Part shown: in pieces, positions 31,293 to 42,255 of the stretch
Layout: each line of letters opens with the position of its first letter
How positions within the stretch are numbered: position 1 is the stretch's first letter
NCBI GenBank assembly: GCA_030390025.1
Contig: CM059433.1
Coordinates: 22,880,001-22,944,000 of the forward strand
From: Squalus acanthias
Taxonomy: Eukaryota
Reading direction: 5' to 3'
DNA length: 64,000 nucleotides
The notes under the pieces: generated by a model
What the model saw: the letters and a program-made list of their open reading frames with translations, nothing else
Databases searched by the model: none
What the model was told of the DNA's origin: nothing
Position numbers and translations under genes: made by a program

Positions 31293-31445
31293 CCATACAC
31301 ACACACACACACACACACCAACACACACACACACACACATACACACACGCACATACAAACACACCCATACACACACACGCACACCCACACACACACCCAC
31401 ACACCACACACACAAGGAACCCATACACAAGGACCCCACACACAT
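20012..31445. repeat. 11.4-kb compound (CA)n-derived satellite
   Basis: Continuous CA repeats punctuated by CCCA, CCCATA and CATA; G almost absent from the + strand; all HT/CV-repeat ORFs derive from it. Confidence 0.99.
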
Positions 31446-31527
31446 TCAGAATTAAAGAATTTTTTATCTTTTCTTGAAGGAAGAAAAAACTCCAAAGAAT
31501 GAACTAACCCACTAATTAGAGTATAAA

Positions 31528-31712
31528 GGCTTAGAAATTCATTTTGGGCGGTGGCGCTAAACGGGCGGTATCGGCTCATCCGCCTGTTATATGCAACGCC
31601 TGATATTCAGTTCCATCGCAGTCAATGGAACTGAATATCAGGCGTGTGACTAACGGGCGGTCGATCCGATACCGCCCATTTTACGTTACCGCCCAAAATG
31701 AATTTCTAGCCC
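31528..31712. mobile_element. 185-bp fold-back Harbinger-type MITE
   Basis: GGCTTAGAAATTCATTTTGGGCGGT ... ACCGCCCAAAATGAATTTCTAGCCC; whole element near-palindromic; TSD AAA (31525-31527, 31713-31715). Confidence 0.9.
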
Positions 31713-31967
31713 AAAGTCTTTTATTTTTCCAGCCAAGGACAACTATAATTACAACTGCAGAATACTACATAACAGAAGATCTTCACAACGCTAACTATTC
31801 TTCCACTTTCTGTAAGCTCACTGGCAAGACTGGATCAAATTACACATTGGAGGGTTGTCTACAGCAGCAGGATCAAATTACACATTCCAGACAAACTGTT
31901 GGGTGTTTCTTGTCCTCCAAGGGGACCAATCAGAAATCTGGTCCAACTCACTGGTGTTGCAAATAGA

Positions 31968-32215
31968 CACAGCCAATTTTGTATCCATGCTGCCACTGTC
32001 CCTTTAATCCCATGGGTTTTAATTTTTCTAACAAGTGTATAATATGGTACTTTTCAAATGCCATTTGAAAGTCCATATACACATCAACTGCACTACCCTC
32101 ATCAACCCTCTCCATTACTTCATCAAAGAAGTTGATCAAGTTAGTTAAACACGACTTGTCTTTAACAAATCCATGCTGAATTTCATTTATTAGCCCATAC
32201 TTTTCTAAATGCCAA
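31968..32215 (-). mobile_element. CR1 RT fragment
   Basis: ORF 31948-32277: QHGFVKDKSCLTNLINFFDEV...VDVYMDFQMAF. Confidence 0.85.
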
Positions 32216-34333
32216 CTTTTCTGTGCTGCCTTTATTCCAGCCAGGCATCGGGTTACAGGCTGGCTATTTGGCAACAAGGGGTATCCCCTTCAGACATGGA
32301 TCATGATTTCTGTCAGGAACCTGGGTACAGATGCAGAACTGGTCTATGCAAGAGCTCTGTTGCCATCATAAATCTCATTGAGCAGACCATTGACCTGCTC
32401 AAGCAACGCTTCCACTGCCTGGGTTATTTGGAAGGAGCTCTGCAGTGCACACCTGACCATGTTTCCAGATTTGTGGTCGTGTAGTTCATGTGGCATAACT
32501 TTGCTATACTGAAGGATCAACCCTTGCCACCACCTGGGGAACAAGAGTGGAGGAGGAAGAGGAGGAATAGAAAGAGCAGCATGAAGAGGTGGAAGACCAG
32601 GAGCAGCATCAATCACCAGTGCCCCCAGTTCACAGAGCTCTCCGAGAGCAACTCATGCAAGAGCGCTTCATGTGAACCATTCCTCCCACAATCCTTATTG
32701 CCACCATCCTTACTACCATCCGATTGCCTTCCTTCAGCCCAGCCTTGAGCTTTTTCTTGACTACAAATATTAACACCAACAACAAACACAAGAAAAATTA
32801 CTACAACAATTCAATTCCATCTGTGTATGATAGTCAACAGGAATAATTAAGAATCACCCTTGTGCAACCCCCTAGTGCCTGTCTTGTGTGCTCATTTTCC
32901 TATCCTAGTGTTCAGATAAGGTGTATCCCCAGTGGCTCCAGCTTTGGAGGTGGAAGGCTGCTGAGCTTCCATTAAGGACACTTCAGATGGCCATGGTGAA
33001 CGACCTCAGTCAACTCTGGACATTGCGGGCTCGGCTGCAGACTGGAGCATCTCGGCATGAGCCGGAACAGTCTAGCCCAGCTGGCTGTGTGGTAGGCTAG
33101 AGCCTGTGTGCTAAGGCCACTGGCAAAGTGGGTGGTAGGATGCAGGCATCCTATCATCCTGAGAGAGGAGAGCAGGTGCCTCTCCTATGGAGCCAACGCC
33201 ACTCTCCTGGGACTGTGCCTCTGCACTCCTAGGGCTCTGCGTGAGAACAGAGTCCAGGACTGGTGCGACACTCTGGAAGTCCTTGTCAACACTGGCCCCC
33301 AAAGCCAAGATGGCAGCAATCTGAGCTTCAATTGCAGCAGTCAAAACTTCCATCAAAGTTGTCAGAAGAGGCTCCATCATGGTGGACGCCACTGTCGTGA
33401 TCATGGAACTAACCGCTCGCTCCTTGTTGGACAGAACGCTCCTTCATACATTCAGCAATTGGGGCATGCTGCTCAGTGCACCGAGCATTTCCTGGTAGAT
33501 GCTCATCAGCCTTCTCCAGTAGCCTGGACCCTCGAAGTCAGCATCTGAGTCTTCTGCAGCAGAGCTAGTATGTGATCTTGCCCACTGGCAAGTTGGCACC
33601 TGTGGCATCCTATTCCCCTGCCCTAGCTCCTGCAGACTTGTGTGCAGTATGAGAGGTGTGGGGAAGTGAAGATTGCAATAGTGGTGAGAGTAGAATGTGC
33701 AAAGTGTGTGAGTAGGATGAAAAGGAGGTGAAGTGTGGTGCAGTGATGGTAGGAGAGTGAAGGGAAGTGGGGGGGGGGGAGTGTTGTGAGTAATGAGGCT
33801 GCAGGTGTGAGGAGAGAATAGTTGGGGTGAGAGTTAGGATTCTTACCTTAACAATCATGCTGGGGTCATTGAACTTTTTCCGGTATTGAAGACATGTACT
33901 TGGAGCTAAGCCCCTTGCATTGACCTCCTCAACCACCTTCTGGAGTGTTGCCTGCAGGGCTTTTCACACCCCTCCCCCTCCAGGGGAACAGGATCTCCCT
34001 CTTCCAGTCCATTATCTGGACCAGGGCCTCCAACGCTGTATCTGAGAACCTAGGTGCCCTCTCTGGACTTCTTCCAGCAATTTTGAACCTTACAAAGATT
34101 TCCCTGCTATTTGCAGCCAGAGTGCACCTCCTCTTCAAGAGATGCTGACTGCCTTTAAGTGATGTCAGAGACACCTGGTTCATCACCCCCGCCCCCACCC
34201 CGCCAAACATTGGTGTAGCCAATAAGTAGCGTGGGTAATGGTGGCTGCATGCCTGGCACATGATAATGAGCTGCCAGCATCAGTTCCATGTGGATCCAGT
34301 GCCCATTTTCAGGCACGATTGAATTTCTAGGCT
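32216..34333 (+). mobile_element. Decayed Harbinger transposon, left part missing (transposase 3' remnant +, Myb/SANT remnant -)
   Basis: IEQTIDLLKQRFHCLGYLEGALQCTPDHVSRFVVV (~32375-32484); minus-strand ERAPRFSDTALEALV and QYRKKFND; right TIR gaatttctaggct. Confidence 0.88.
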
Positions 34334-34372
34334 AATGTGTTTTATCCTATTTTTGCATCTAGAAAACGTAAT

Positions 34373-34914
34373 GGCCCTGAAATTGCGGTCGGAGGCTTCC
34401 CGCAGGGCGAATGCCTCCGATCCGCAAGAAAAGTACGCAGCTACCTGGTGCCTCCGTATCTTCGGACTCTTGTGGTCCTGGGCCTGCAGGGGTACGCCTG
34501 CGTAAAAACCCACAGATCCCAGGGGAGCAGGCGGTTCGCAAGCATCCCTGGGATCATGTGGGCTGGCCCAACCAATCAAAAAAGATGATTCCCATTATGC
34601 TTAAGGCGATTCCACTTACGTACGGAATCCCCATAAACATAATAGGAATCACATAAAAAATATATTTTCACACAACCCAACTAAAAATAATTCGTCGCAG
34701 GTTTAAAATGCTTTCACCAGGCGTAAGAGTTTCGTGGGCATTCGCTGGGCAGTACTTGGGCAAATAGCCCAACTCTCCGCCAGCGAATGTCCATTTCTTG
34801 CGCTTGCGGATGATCTGTCAAGCTGAAGCGCATGCGGAAACCCGGAACTTGCCGGGGCACTTACGACCATGTACGCTGTGCATATGTGGTCATAGGCCCC
34901 GTAAAATCCGAGCC
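34373..34914. mobile_element. Harbinger-type MITE (542 bp)
   Basis: Termini GGCCCTGAAATT / AAAATCCGAGCC, TSD AAT (34370-34372, 34915-34917); shares ccctgggatcaygtggg...ccaat with the 8516 and 9512 MITEs. Confidence 0.82.
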
Positions 34915-35649
34915 AATATTGACGGTATGATAAAAAGACAAGCACAAAAGCACTAGTCCATCTATTCCTTCAATATCTAAATCTAAGTGTGTTTCAAGAA
35001 TAATGGACCATGCTTTAAGCAAGTGGCTCCTCCACAATGATCAACACCTTACTGTCAGTGAAACAGGCTTTTCTGATCGGTTTCTGAAACATGGCCATGA
35101 AGCTTTTGATCGGCATTTCTTGATTCGCAACTAGCTTGTTTCTTAAGGTGCTTTTATATTGCACAGGGCTCCTGAATCGCATTCAGCTCCAAGATAAATG
35201 TAAAGCTGCTGGGATTAGGTAAGACTGGCAGCCTGAAAAACACGCTTAAAGTAAAATCTTTCCAGCAGTCAGTCTTAATGGCTGCAATTTCCACCTCTGT
35301 GCTCGAAATCCCAGAATTTCCCACCTGCTTTGCTTTATTGGGCAGAAAACTGCAGGTTGGGGAGTGCTGAAGCAGAAAGTACTGGCGGTTTTATATTTAA
35401 CTTGTAGCTGGCTGCACGAACCCTGTGCTTCAGGAACTCAGCGGTACTAGCACAGGCTTTGTACAAGATGGAAACACGTTTCGGGAGACCCAGAGGCTAA
35501 TTTCCTGTTTGTTAAGGTGCTGACCTGTGATTATTGTGGCTGTACAATGATTTTACAAACTGCAGTCATCACCAGGCTGCTCAGTAGAACTGCGTTATCC
35601 CTGTGTATTGTTTTCTGTATGAAAACAATTCATCTGTTAAAGATCCGAA

Positions 35650-37240
35650 GACCAGAAAATTGCCCCCACACCCCACCGCCAAAGGCACGTTTCCTCGGGT
35701 CCTGCGTTAAATATTTGGTACAAAAGATGCATCTTTTGAATAGTCTGCACCCTAAGGCACTGAAGAACTGGCCATTAAGGGTTGGATGTCTCTCCTGCTG
35801 AGGAAGATCATGTTGGGACTTCTGCCCACCGCCCTAAACCCTGCTGTGCCCCAACACATTTTCCTGGTGCGGGGCTGTTTATCGATGCAGGGCAAACTGC
35901 TGGTGGGTTCGCTGCCAGCAACAGGAGGCCCACCATTGCCAGGAAGCAACATTTGAAGAGGTGGACTGAATCTTAAATGGGGCAGAAGCATCCAGAGGAG
36001 TGGGAAGAAGAATTGAAGTTTAAGCCTAGAACTCAGCTGAGCCCTAATGAAAGTATGCAGATGGCCTTGGAGGACGACCTCTGGGCCTAGAAGGAGGGTT
36101 AGATATGAGGATAGTGTCCACTTCTATGGTTTCAGCCCCGCCACTGGCCACGGCCTCGGCAATGGCCACTCCAATGATGGTGAGCACCGTCTCCTCCATG
36201 GGTGTTCAGACATGCAGGAGCGCCTATCCCCCGCCACATAGCTCCTGCTGCCTCCAGTCATGCGCCTCCTTGTCCGGCAAAAGAGAAGGGAAGTGTGTCA
36301 GTGAGTGTGGTTCAATCTGTTTGGATGATGTGGCTGTCATGGTTGAATAGCTGGCAGGGTGTGACAGCTGTGAGATGTGGGTGTGAGGCTTGCAGCAGTG
36401 CTAAATGTGTGAGGGTGAGGTGAAGCTATGAATGTTAGGTATGAGTCCTGATTGACAGGGGAAAAAAATTGGGTCGCGGCCCCCTTTGGGGTGCTAACTT
36501 CGCAGGGGTGCTACTTTTAGCGCCCTGAAAAGGTTAGCGCCCCCGCGCCCGAAATTGAATGGTAGCACCCCAAGCAGGTGGCGGGGCGCTACTGGAAGCG
36601 CTCCCCCTCCCTCTTGGGACGCTCCCATTGAATATCGTGGCGCTACGTGCAGCACACCACGTGTGTCAGCACATAGCGCCGCGGTACTACAGGCCTCCCT
36701 CCCCTGATTAAAGGGGAGGGGCCTAGCGCAGCGCACACCGGGGCCCTGCTGGACCACCGGGGAGCGGGGTGCCGGCAAAAGAGCCCGGCACTCAAGAGGA
36801 GTGCCGAGCTGACGGATCGCAGCCGGCACCCCGCAGGAGGAGGCCAGAGGGGGCAGGTGCTGGCAGGCGGCCTAAAATAAAAACCCCGCTGAATTTCGCG
36901 GGTGGCATTAGCGGCGCCTCGCCCGGGCGCTAGGTGCTCTGGTGGAATATGGCATTTGAAAATGAATTCACTGACCTTGACCACTCGTGTGAGGTTATTG
37001 AACTTTTTGCGGGACTGCATCCAGGTCCTCGGGGCTTAACCCCTGGCATTGACCGCCACGGCTCTCTGGCCCCACTGTCTTCTGAGAGTTTGTCTGGAGG
37101 GCTTCCTGGCCCCCCGTGGATAGAGCACATCTCTCCTCCACTCCACCTTCTCCACCAAGGCCTCCAGCGTAACGTCGGAAAATCTTGGAGCCCGTTCTCT
37201 GCCATGTTGTGCCGCTCTTTTCCACAAATTCTGCAAAATT
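35650..37240 (+). mobile_element. Decayed Harbinger piece with Myb/SANT exons 1-2 (-) and a nested GC-rich terminus fragment
   Basis: ERAPRFSDVTLEALVEKVEWRRDVLYP and QSRKKFNNLTRVVK|gtcagt (~36975-37205); exon-2-like sequence ~36100-36280; 36458-36930 begins ggggaaaaaaattgggtcgcggcc, like the right end of the intact element. Confidence 0.75.
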
Positions 37241-39974
37241 CAATGAATAAATTTATCAACATTCAGTACACACATATATACAACAACAATATTAACTAAT
37301 CACCCCTGTGCAAACCCTTACTTCCCTCTTTACAATCTATAGTCTAGTCCTCCTACGTAGTCTGTGCCCAGTGGCTGCAGCAGGGCTGGTGGAAGGCTGC
37401 TGAGTGTCCATGCGGGAGACTTCAGATGGCCTTGCAGGATGTCCTCAACCAGCTCTGGACCTGGAAGGCCCAGCTGTAGACTGCACCACCTCAAGCAGGT
37501 TGGCAGCATTCTGACCTGGCTGGATGAAAGTGACAAGGGCAATGGCGGAGTGGCAGTGGTGGGAGCAGGAATGCTATCATCCTGAGAGAGGACAGCAGCT
37601 TCCTGCTCCACTGACACACTGCCACTCCCCCGGGGCAACACCCCCTCAGCATCCCTAGCAATCTGCTGGAGCACAGATTGCTGGTCTGCTGCAACACCGT
37701 GAGATCCCCGGTGGACTGTGGTGGGCCCAGCGACAATGGCAGCAGTCAGAGCTTTCGTGGCATCAAGCTGAGACTGCATGAGAGCAGTCTGAGACTCGAT
37801 GGCAGCAACCACTGATTGCATTACAGCACTAAGACATTGTGTGGCTTCCGCCTGTGTTGCAATGGATGCTGCCACATCGTCCATGACACGCGGCATGAGG
37901 TCTGGGTCCCCACTCAGGGAGTACATCATCCTTTGCAGACTGCTAAGGGTGGGCTCCATGGTATGCGCAGAGCTCTGTGCAATGTTGGAGGCGGACTCCT
38001 CCACGCTTCTTACCATTGCCGACAGGCTTTTGGGCACCTTTGCCATTGCACCTATCATCTCGGTGTGCATGCCCATCACCCTTCTTGTGAACGCCTCCCC
38101 ATTGAGGTCCTCATCTGAGTCCTGTGCAGCAGAACTCGCGTGTGAACTCGCCCTCCGGGGAGCTGGCTCCCGAGCTACCCTTTCCCCCTGGCCTTGCTGC
38201 AGCTCGCTCGTCCCCGGTGCATCACCCAGTGCAGACCCCTCTACTAAACTTGCCTCTAAAGATCGCGTAGTGCCAGTATCTGAGGTGGTGCCTGCGGGTG
38301 AGACATGCAGTGAGGCGGTGCTTTGCTCCTCCTCCTCTTCTCCCGCCTCACTCTCACTGAGAGACAGGTTGGTCAGCTGGTTGCTGATTATCTGAAAGCA
38401 TAAAGGCATAAGACTTGCGTTAAGGTGAGGGCAGGGGGGCAGGAAGGGAGCAAGGAATGCAGACAGTATAAATGGCTGGAAAGTGGGAAAAGCTTGTGGT
38501 GTGAGGGGGAAGTGGGATAAGAGAAAGAGAGGGGATGAACATACCGTTGTTGTCCCCAAGGTGGTCAATGTTGCCGGTGGTCACGACACCCACCACTTGG
38601 CACCCAATAATCTGCAGCACTCGATTCTCCAGCGCAGACAGTGGTTGGGTGTCGACTTGTCGCTGACAGCCACGGCGCCAACCACCTGGCGCCCAATGAC
38701 TCTCAGCATTTGCTCCTCCAGCTCTGTAAGCTGTTGGATGTCCACTTCACCCCTGCCTATTCATTCCTGCCCCCTCCTATTGTGGCCCAGCTTGGCCTGC
38801 AAGAGAAAGGAAAGTGTGTGAGTGAGTGTGCAGCTATTTGTTTGGGAGATGTGCCTGTCATAGTTGAATAGCTGTGATTGTAGGCAAGGCATGAGATGTG
38901 GATGTGAGTTTGAGTAGGTGGAGATGCTTGGTGGGTGAGTGGTGGGGGTGTGGTGGTTTGTGCAGTGTGTACAGACTGAGGTTCAGATGCTGGAATGTAG
39001 GACTTGTTGAAGCATGTACTCACTCTGACCACCCAAGTGAGGTTGTGGAATTTTTTACGGCACTGTGTGTGGGTCCTGAGGACCACACTGCTGGCCGAGA
39101 CGTCCTGGGCCACTTCCCTCCACATTGCCCTGAAGACCTGGGGCAATGGCCTCCTGCCAGTGGCCGGGAACAGCACTGCCCTCCTTCTTTCGACTGCCGC
39201 GACCTATGCCTGGTCTCTGAAACAGCAAGCTCTCTCCCTGGGACTGGGATCAGCCGTGAGGATAAGAGGTGTAGCTGTTGAGTTGCTTGGAGGTCGCCTT
39301 CAGAGCCGGCAATGTTGAGAATGAGGTTGTGCAGAATGAGTGAACCTCCCCTTTAAGAACTGGAAGGAGCCAGTGTGAATGATGAATCCCAATTGGAGTG
39401 CAACAACAACAACAACTTGTATTTATATAGCACCTTTAACGTAGTAAAATGTCCCAAGTCGCTTCACAGGAGTATTAAAAGACAAAAAATTTGACACCGA
39501 GCCACATAAGGAGAAATTAGGGCAGGTGACCAAAAGCTTGGTCAAAGAGGTAGGTTTTAAGGAGCGTCTTAAAGGAGGAAAGAGAGGTAGCGAGGCAGAG
39601 AGGTTTTGGCAGGGAATTCCAGAGCTTAGGGCCTAGGCAGCTGAAGGCACTGCCACCAATGGTTGAGCGATTACAATCAAGGATGCTCAAGAGGGCAGAG
39701 TTAGAGGAGCGCAGATATCTCGGGGGGTTGTGGGGCTGAAGGAGATTACAGAGATAGGGAGGTGCACCTGAAATTGGTTATTACTCTGCAGGTAGCGCCC
39801 CGCTCTCTGTGTTTAGCTTCCCAAGTTAAGTGATTAGCATTTGATTTAGTGCTCCAGTTCTTTCTTGGAGCGCTAACAATCAATTTAGCAGGAGGTCAGA
39901 AGGATTAGCGCCTGGTGCAAATTCTCCAACTTTTAAAATTTAGCGCCCCAACTGCGATACCGAATTTCTAGCCC
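37240..39974 (+). mobile_element. Right half of a Harbinger with a nearly complete three-exon Myb/SANT pseudogene (-)
   Basis: Exon 1 (~39023-39290) MWREVAQDVSASSVVLRTHTQCRKKFHNLTWVVR; exon 2 ~38541-38797; exon 3 in ORF 37330-38568, similar to 43711-44777; right TIR gaatttctagccc. Confidence 0.9.
39403..39761 (-). mobile_element. L2 LINE 3' fragment inserted in the Harbinger subterminal region
   Basis: (caa)n tail and near-identity to 47887-48245; TSD GTGCA (39398-39402, 39762-39766). Confidence 0.9.
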
Positions 39975-40004
39975 TTTGGATTTAATATAAGTCAGAAAAT
40001 GGTA

Positions 40005-40255
40005 ATGGAGAAAATAATAGGACTTAACATAAACAGGACCTGATGGTTTCTACCCCAGGGTATTAAAAGCCATAGGAGAATTAATTGTAGATGTGTTGGT
40101 CATAATTTTCCAAAGCTCTCCAGAATCTGGAATTATGCCACTGGATTGGAAAATTGCAAATGTCACTCCATCTTTCAAGAAGAGATGAAGAAACGAGATA
40201 ACTACAGACCTGTTAGTTTGACATCACTTATGGGGAAGTTATTGGAATCTATCTT
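40005..40255 (+). mobile_element. Degenerate CR1 fragment
   Basis: ggacctgatgg...gattggaaaattgcaaatgtcactcc...aactacagacctgttagtttgacatc (GPDG, DWKIANVTP, NYRPVSLTS). Confidence 0.75.
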
Positions 40256-42049
40256 CTGGATAATAGTTATGTTTTTAGTCTTGATAAAATACATCACTGC
40301 TTAAAATAAGGCACAGCAGAAGAATGGGAGGTAAGGGTGCCATTATAATGACTCCATATAATGAAATTGTACATTTACAATCAGTCACTGGAATCCTGTA
40401 TATGCAAAGGTTGGTCCTTGCACAATAATTGAACCTTTATTTGTGATGTAAAGTTTCGCAATTATCGCAATTCGAAATAGCATAAGAGAAGCAGATTCGT
40501 TTGATCAGTTTTATTAAACGAATTGCTGTCCTGATAATAAAGGACACAGAAGCCTGTAAAATGGCCACCGCGCAGCGTGGCAGAAGCTTCCAGAAACACT
40601 GTGGGCAGACAAGATGGCGTCGAATATACATTTAGTATAAGATTGGATCATACTCGGTAAACACTGATAAAGACAGGATGCAACCCGTTTGCATTTGGAA
40701 CAATAGCAAAGATATAAGTGCTGGAATCGTTTTCCTATGCACAGAAAGGATCATTGTACTGGGCAATCGAAGGCCCATCCAGACACATCAATACACAAAT
40801 ACCCCCCCGGCTCTACAATGAGAGAGACATTGACGGGTGATTAAGCAAGCATTCGGGGGCCCCCAAAACCAGTCAGGGAGACGATTCATACATATCCTGG
40901 CTGGTTCAACAATGGGGAAAACATTAACGGATAGTTGGCCAGTTTCAGGTGCTACCGAAACCCGTTAAAGAAGACAACCGCCCCATGCTGGGAGTTTTGA
41001 GTGCCAATATTACACAAAGGACAAACATTAAGATTTGAGCGGGAGATAAGAGGACACATCACTATAACTATAGAGAACAAATGTCCATCTCTCTCTTCTC
41101 TCGCTGCTGACTGCTGAGCTCTTATTCTCTTATCTCTCAGCGGACCCTTGCTGAAGCTCTTCCTTAGGGCTGGACTTTGTGTTTCTCTGGACTCTGTTGA
41201 CTCTTGACTCTTAGCCGTACTGGTCGGTTATGCGAGTGTTGGGTGGAGCTCAATCGGAATGAGCCGCCCCGACAAGGGCAAGTAACAGGGTACACCATCC
41301 CGAGTGTCGGTAAACAGTGTCTGGACCCGGAGGCCCAAAGAGACAAGATGAGACGAGAAGAAGAGGAGAAGAATCCACGTGCCGCCACGGTCAGTAAACC
41401 CCGACCGCGCCCGAAAATATAAATAAAGAACTTTTCTTTGAGTTCTACCGACAACCTGTATCGAGCACAGGAAGACTCTTCTTTGAACTGTGTCCGAGGT
41501 CCGTCGAGTTCTTCATGACAACAGGGAGTCTGGCCTGCTTGTCGCAGCAGCGAAAATAAACAAGTGAGGTGCAGAAACCCTTCCAAACACGTGACAGTCA
41601 GGCGCTGCAGCGAAACGAGCCAAGTGCCTCACTTTAAAAATCTCCGAAGTAACACGAGTGGTGAGCATGTTTTAGGATCCTACAAATCTAGACGTAGTGT
41701 AGGTATTGTTAAGGGAGGGTGGTTTTTAAGGTTAAGATATAATGGGGTAAAAATTCAGTTGGTTGCGCCTCCCGTTAGCGCCTTAAATGGGCGCTAATGG
41801 GGCGTTAAGGCGCTAACGCCTGGGCGCAGCGCTGTTTGCGCCGCTCGAGAACTTAACTTGAGATTGTGCGGCGGCGCTAAAACTTACCGCTGCGACCACC
41901 TGCGCGCGCAGATTGTGACGTCATTCTGTGGTGCAACGCCCTTGGGGCGCCCCGGAGCGGAAATTGAGTGGCGCCCCCTGCCTTACCGCCTGGCGCTTCC
42001 AACGACCGGAAGACTGGAACGTTATCAATCGGTCTGGGGCTGGGGGGGG

Positions 42050-42062
42050 CGCTATTTAAAGG
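42050..42062 (+). promoter_or_regulatory. TATA-like box for the transposase gene
   Basis: gctatttaaagg ~200 bp upstream of the ATG, conserved in the derivative at ~53781. Confidence 0.55.
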
Positions 42063-42255
42063 GGGCCTCTTCCTGTCTTTTTCTGTGGTCGACATTTATG
42101 CACCACTCGTTCTGAGAGAGAGAGAGAGATTCGGAGAGAGAGAGAGAGAGACTTCTACATTGACTCAACGCTTTGTGAGGTAGTTTTGCCTAGTTCATCC
42201 TAACTTTGCTGCTACTTTCGTTGCTGTACCTCATTACTTTTCTGGCAAAGAGAAG

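Noticed and set aside
19695..31579. Giant ORFs (up to 1,726 aa) of HT/HP or CV/VC repeats
   Set aside because: They result from a CA/TG satellite that rarely forms stop codons and are open in almost every frame on both strands.
41204..41422. 72-aa ORF inside the LTR as a viral accessory gene
   Set aside because: Non-ATG start and no evident full-length equivalent in the sister LTR.
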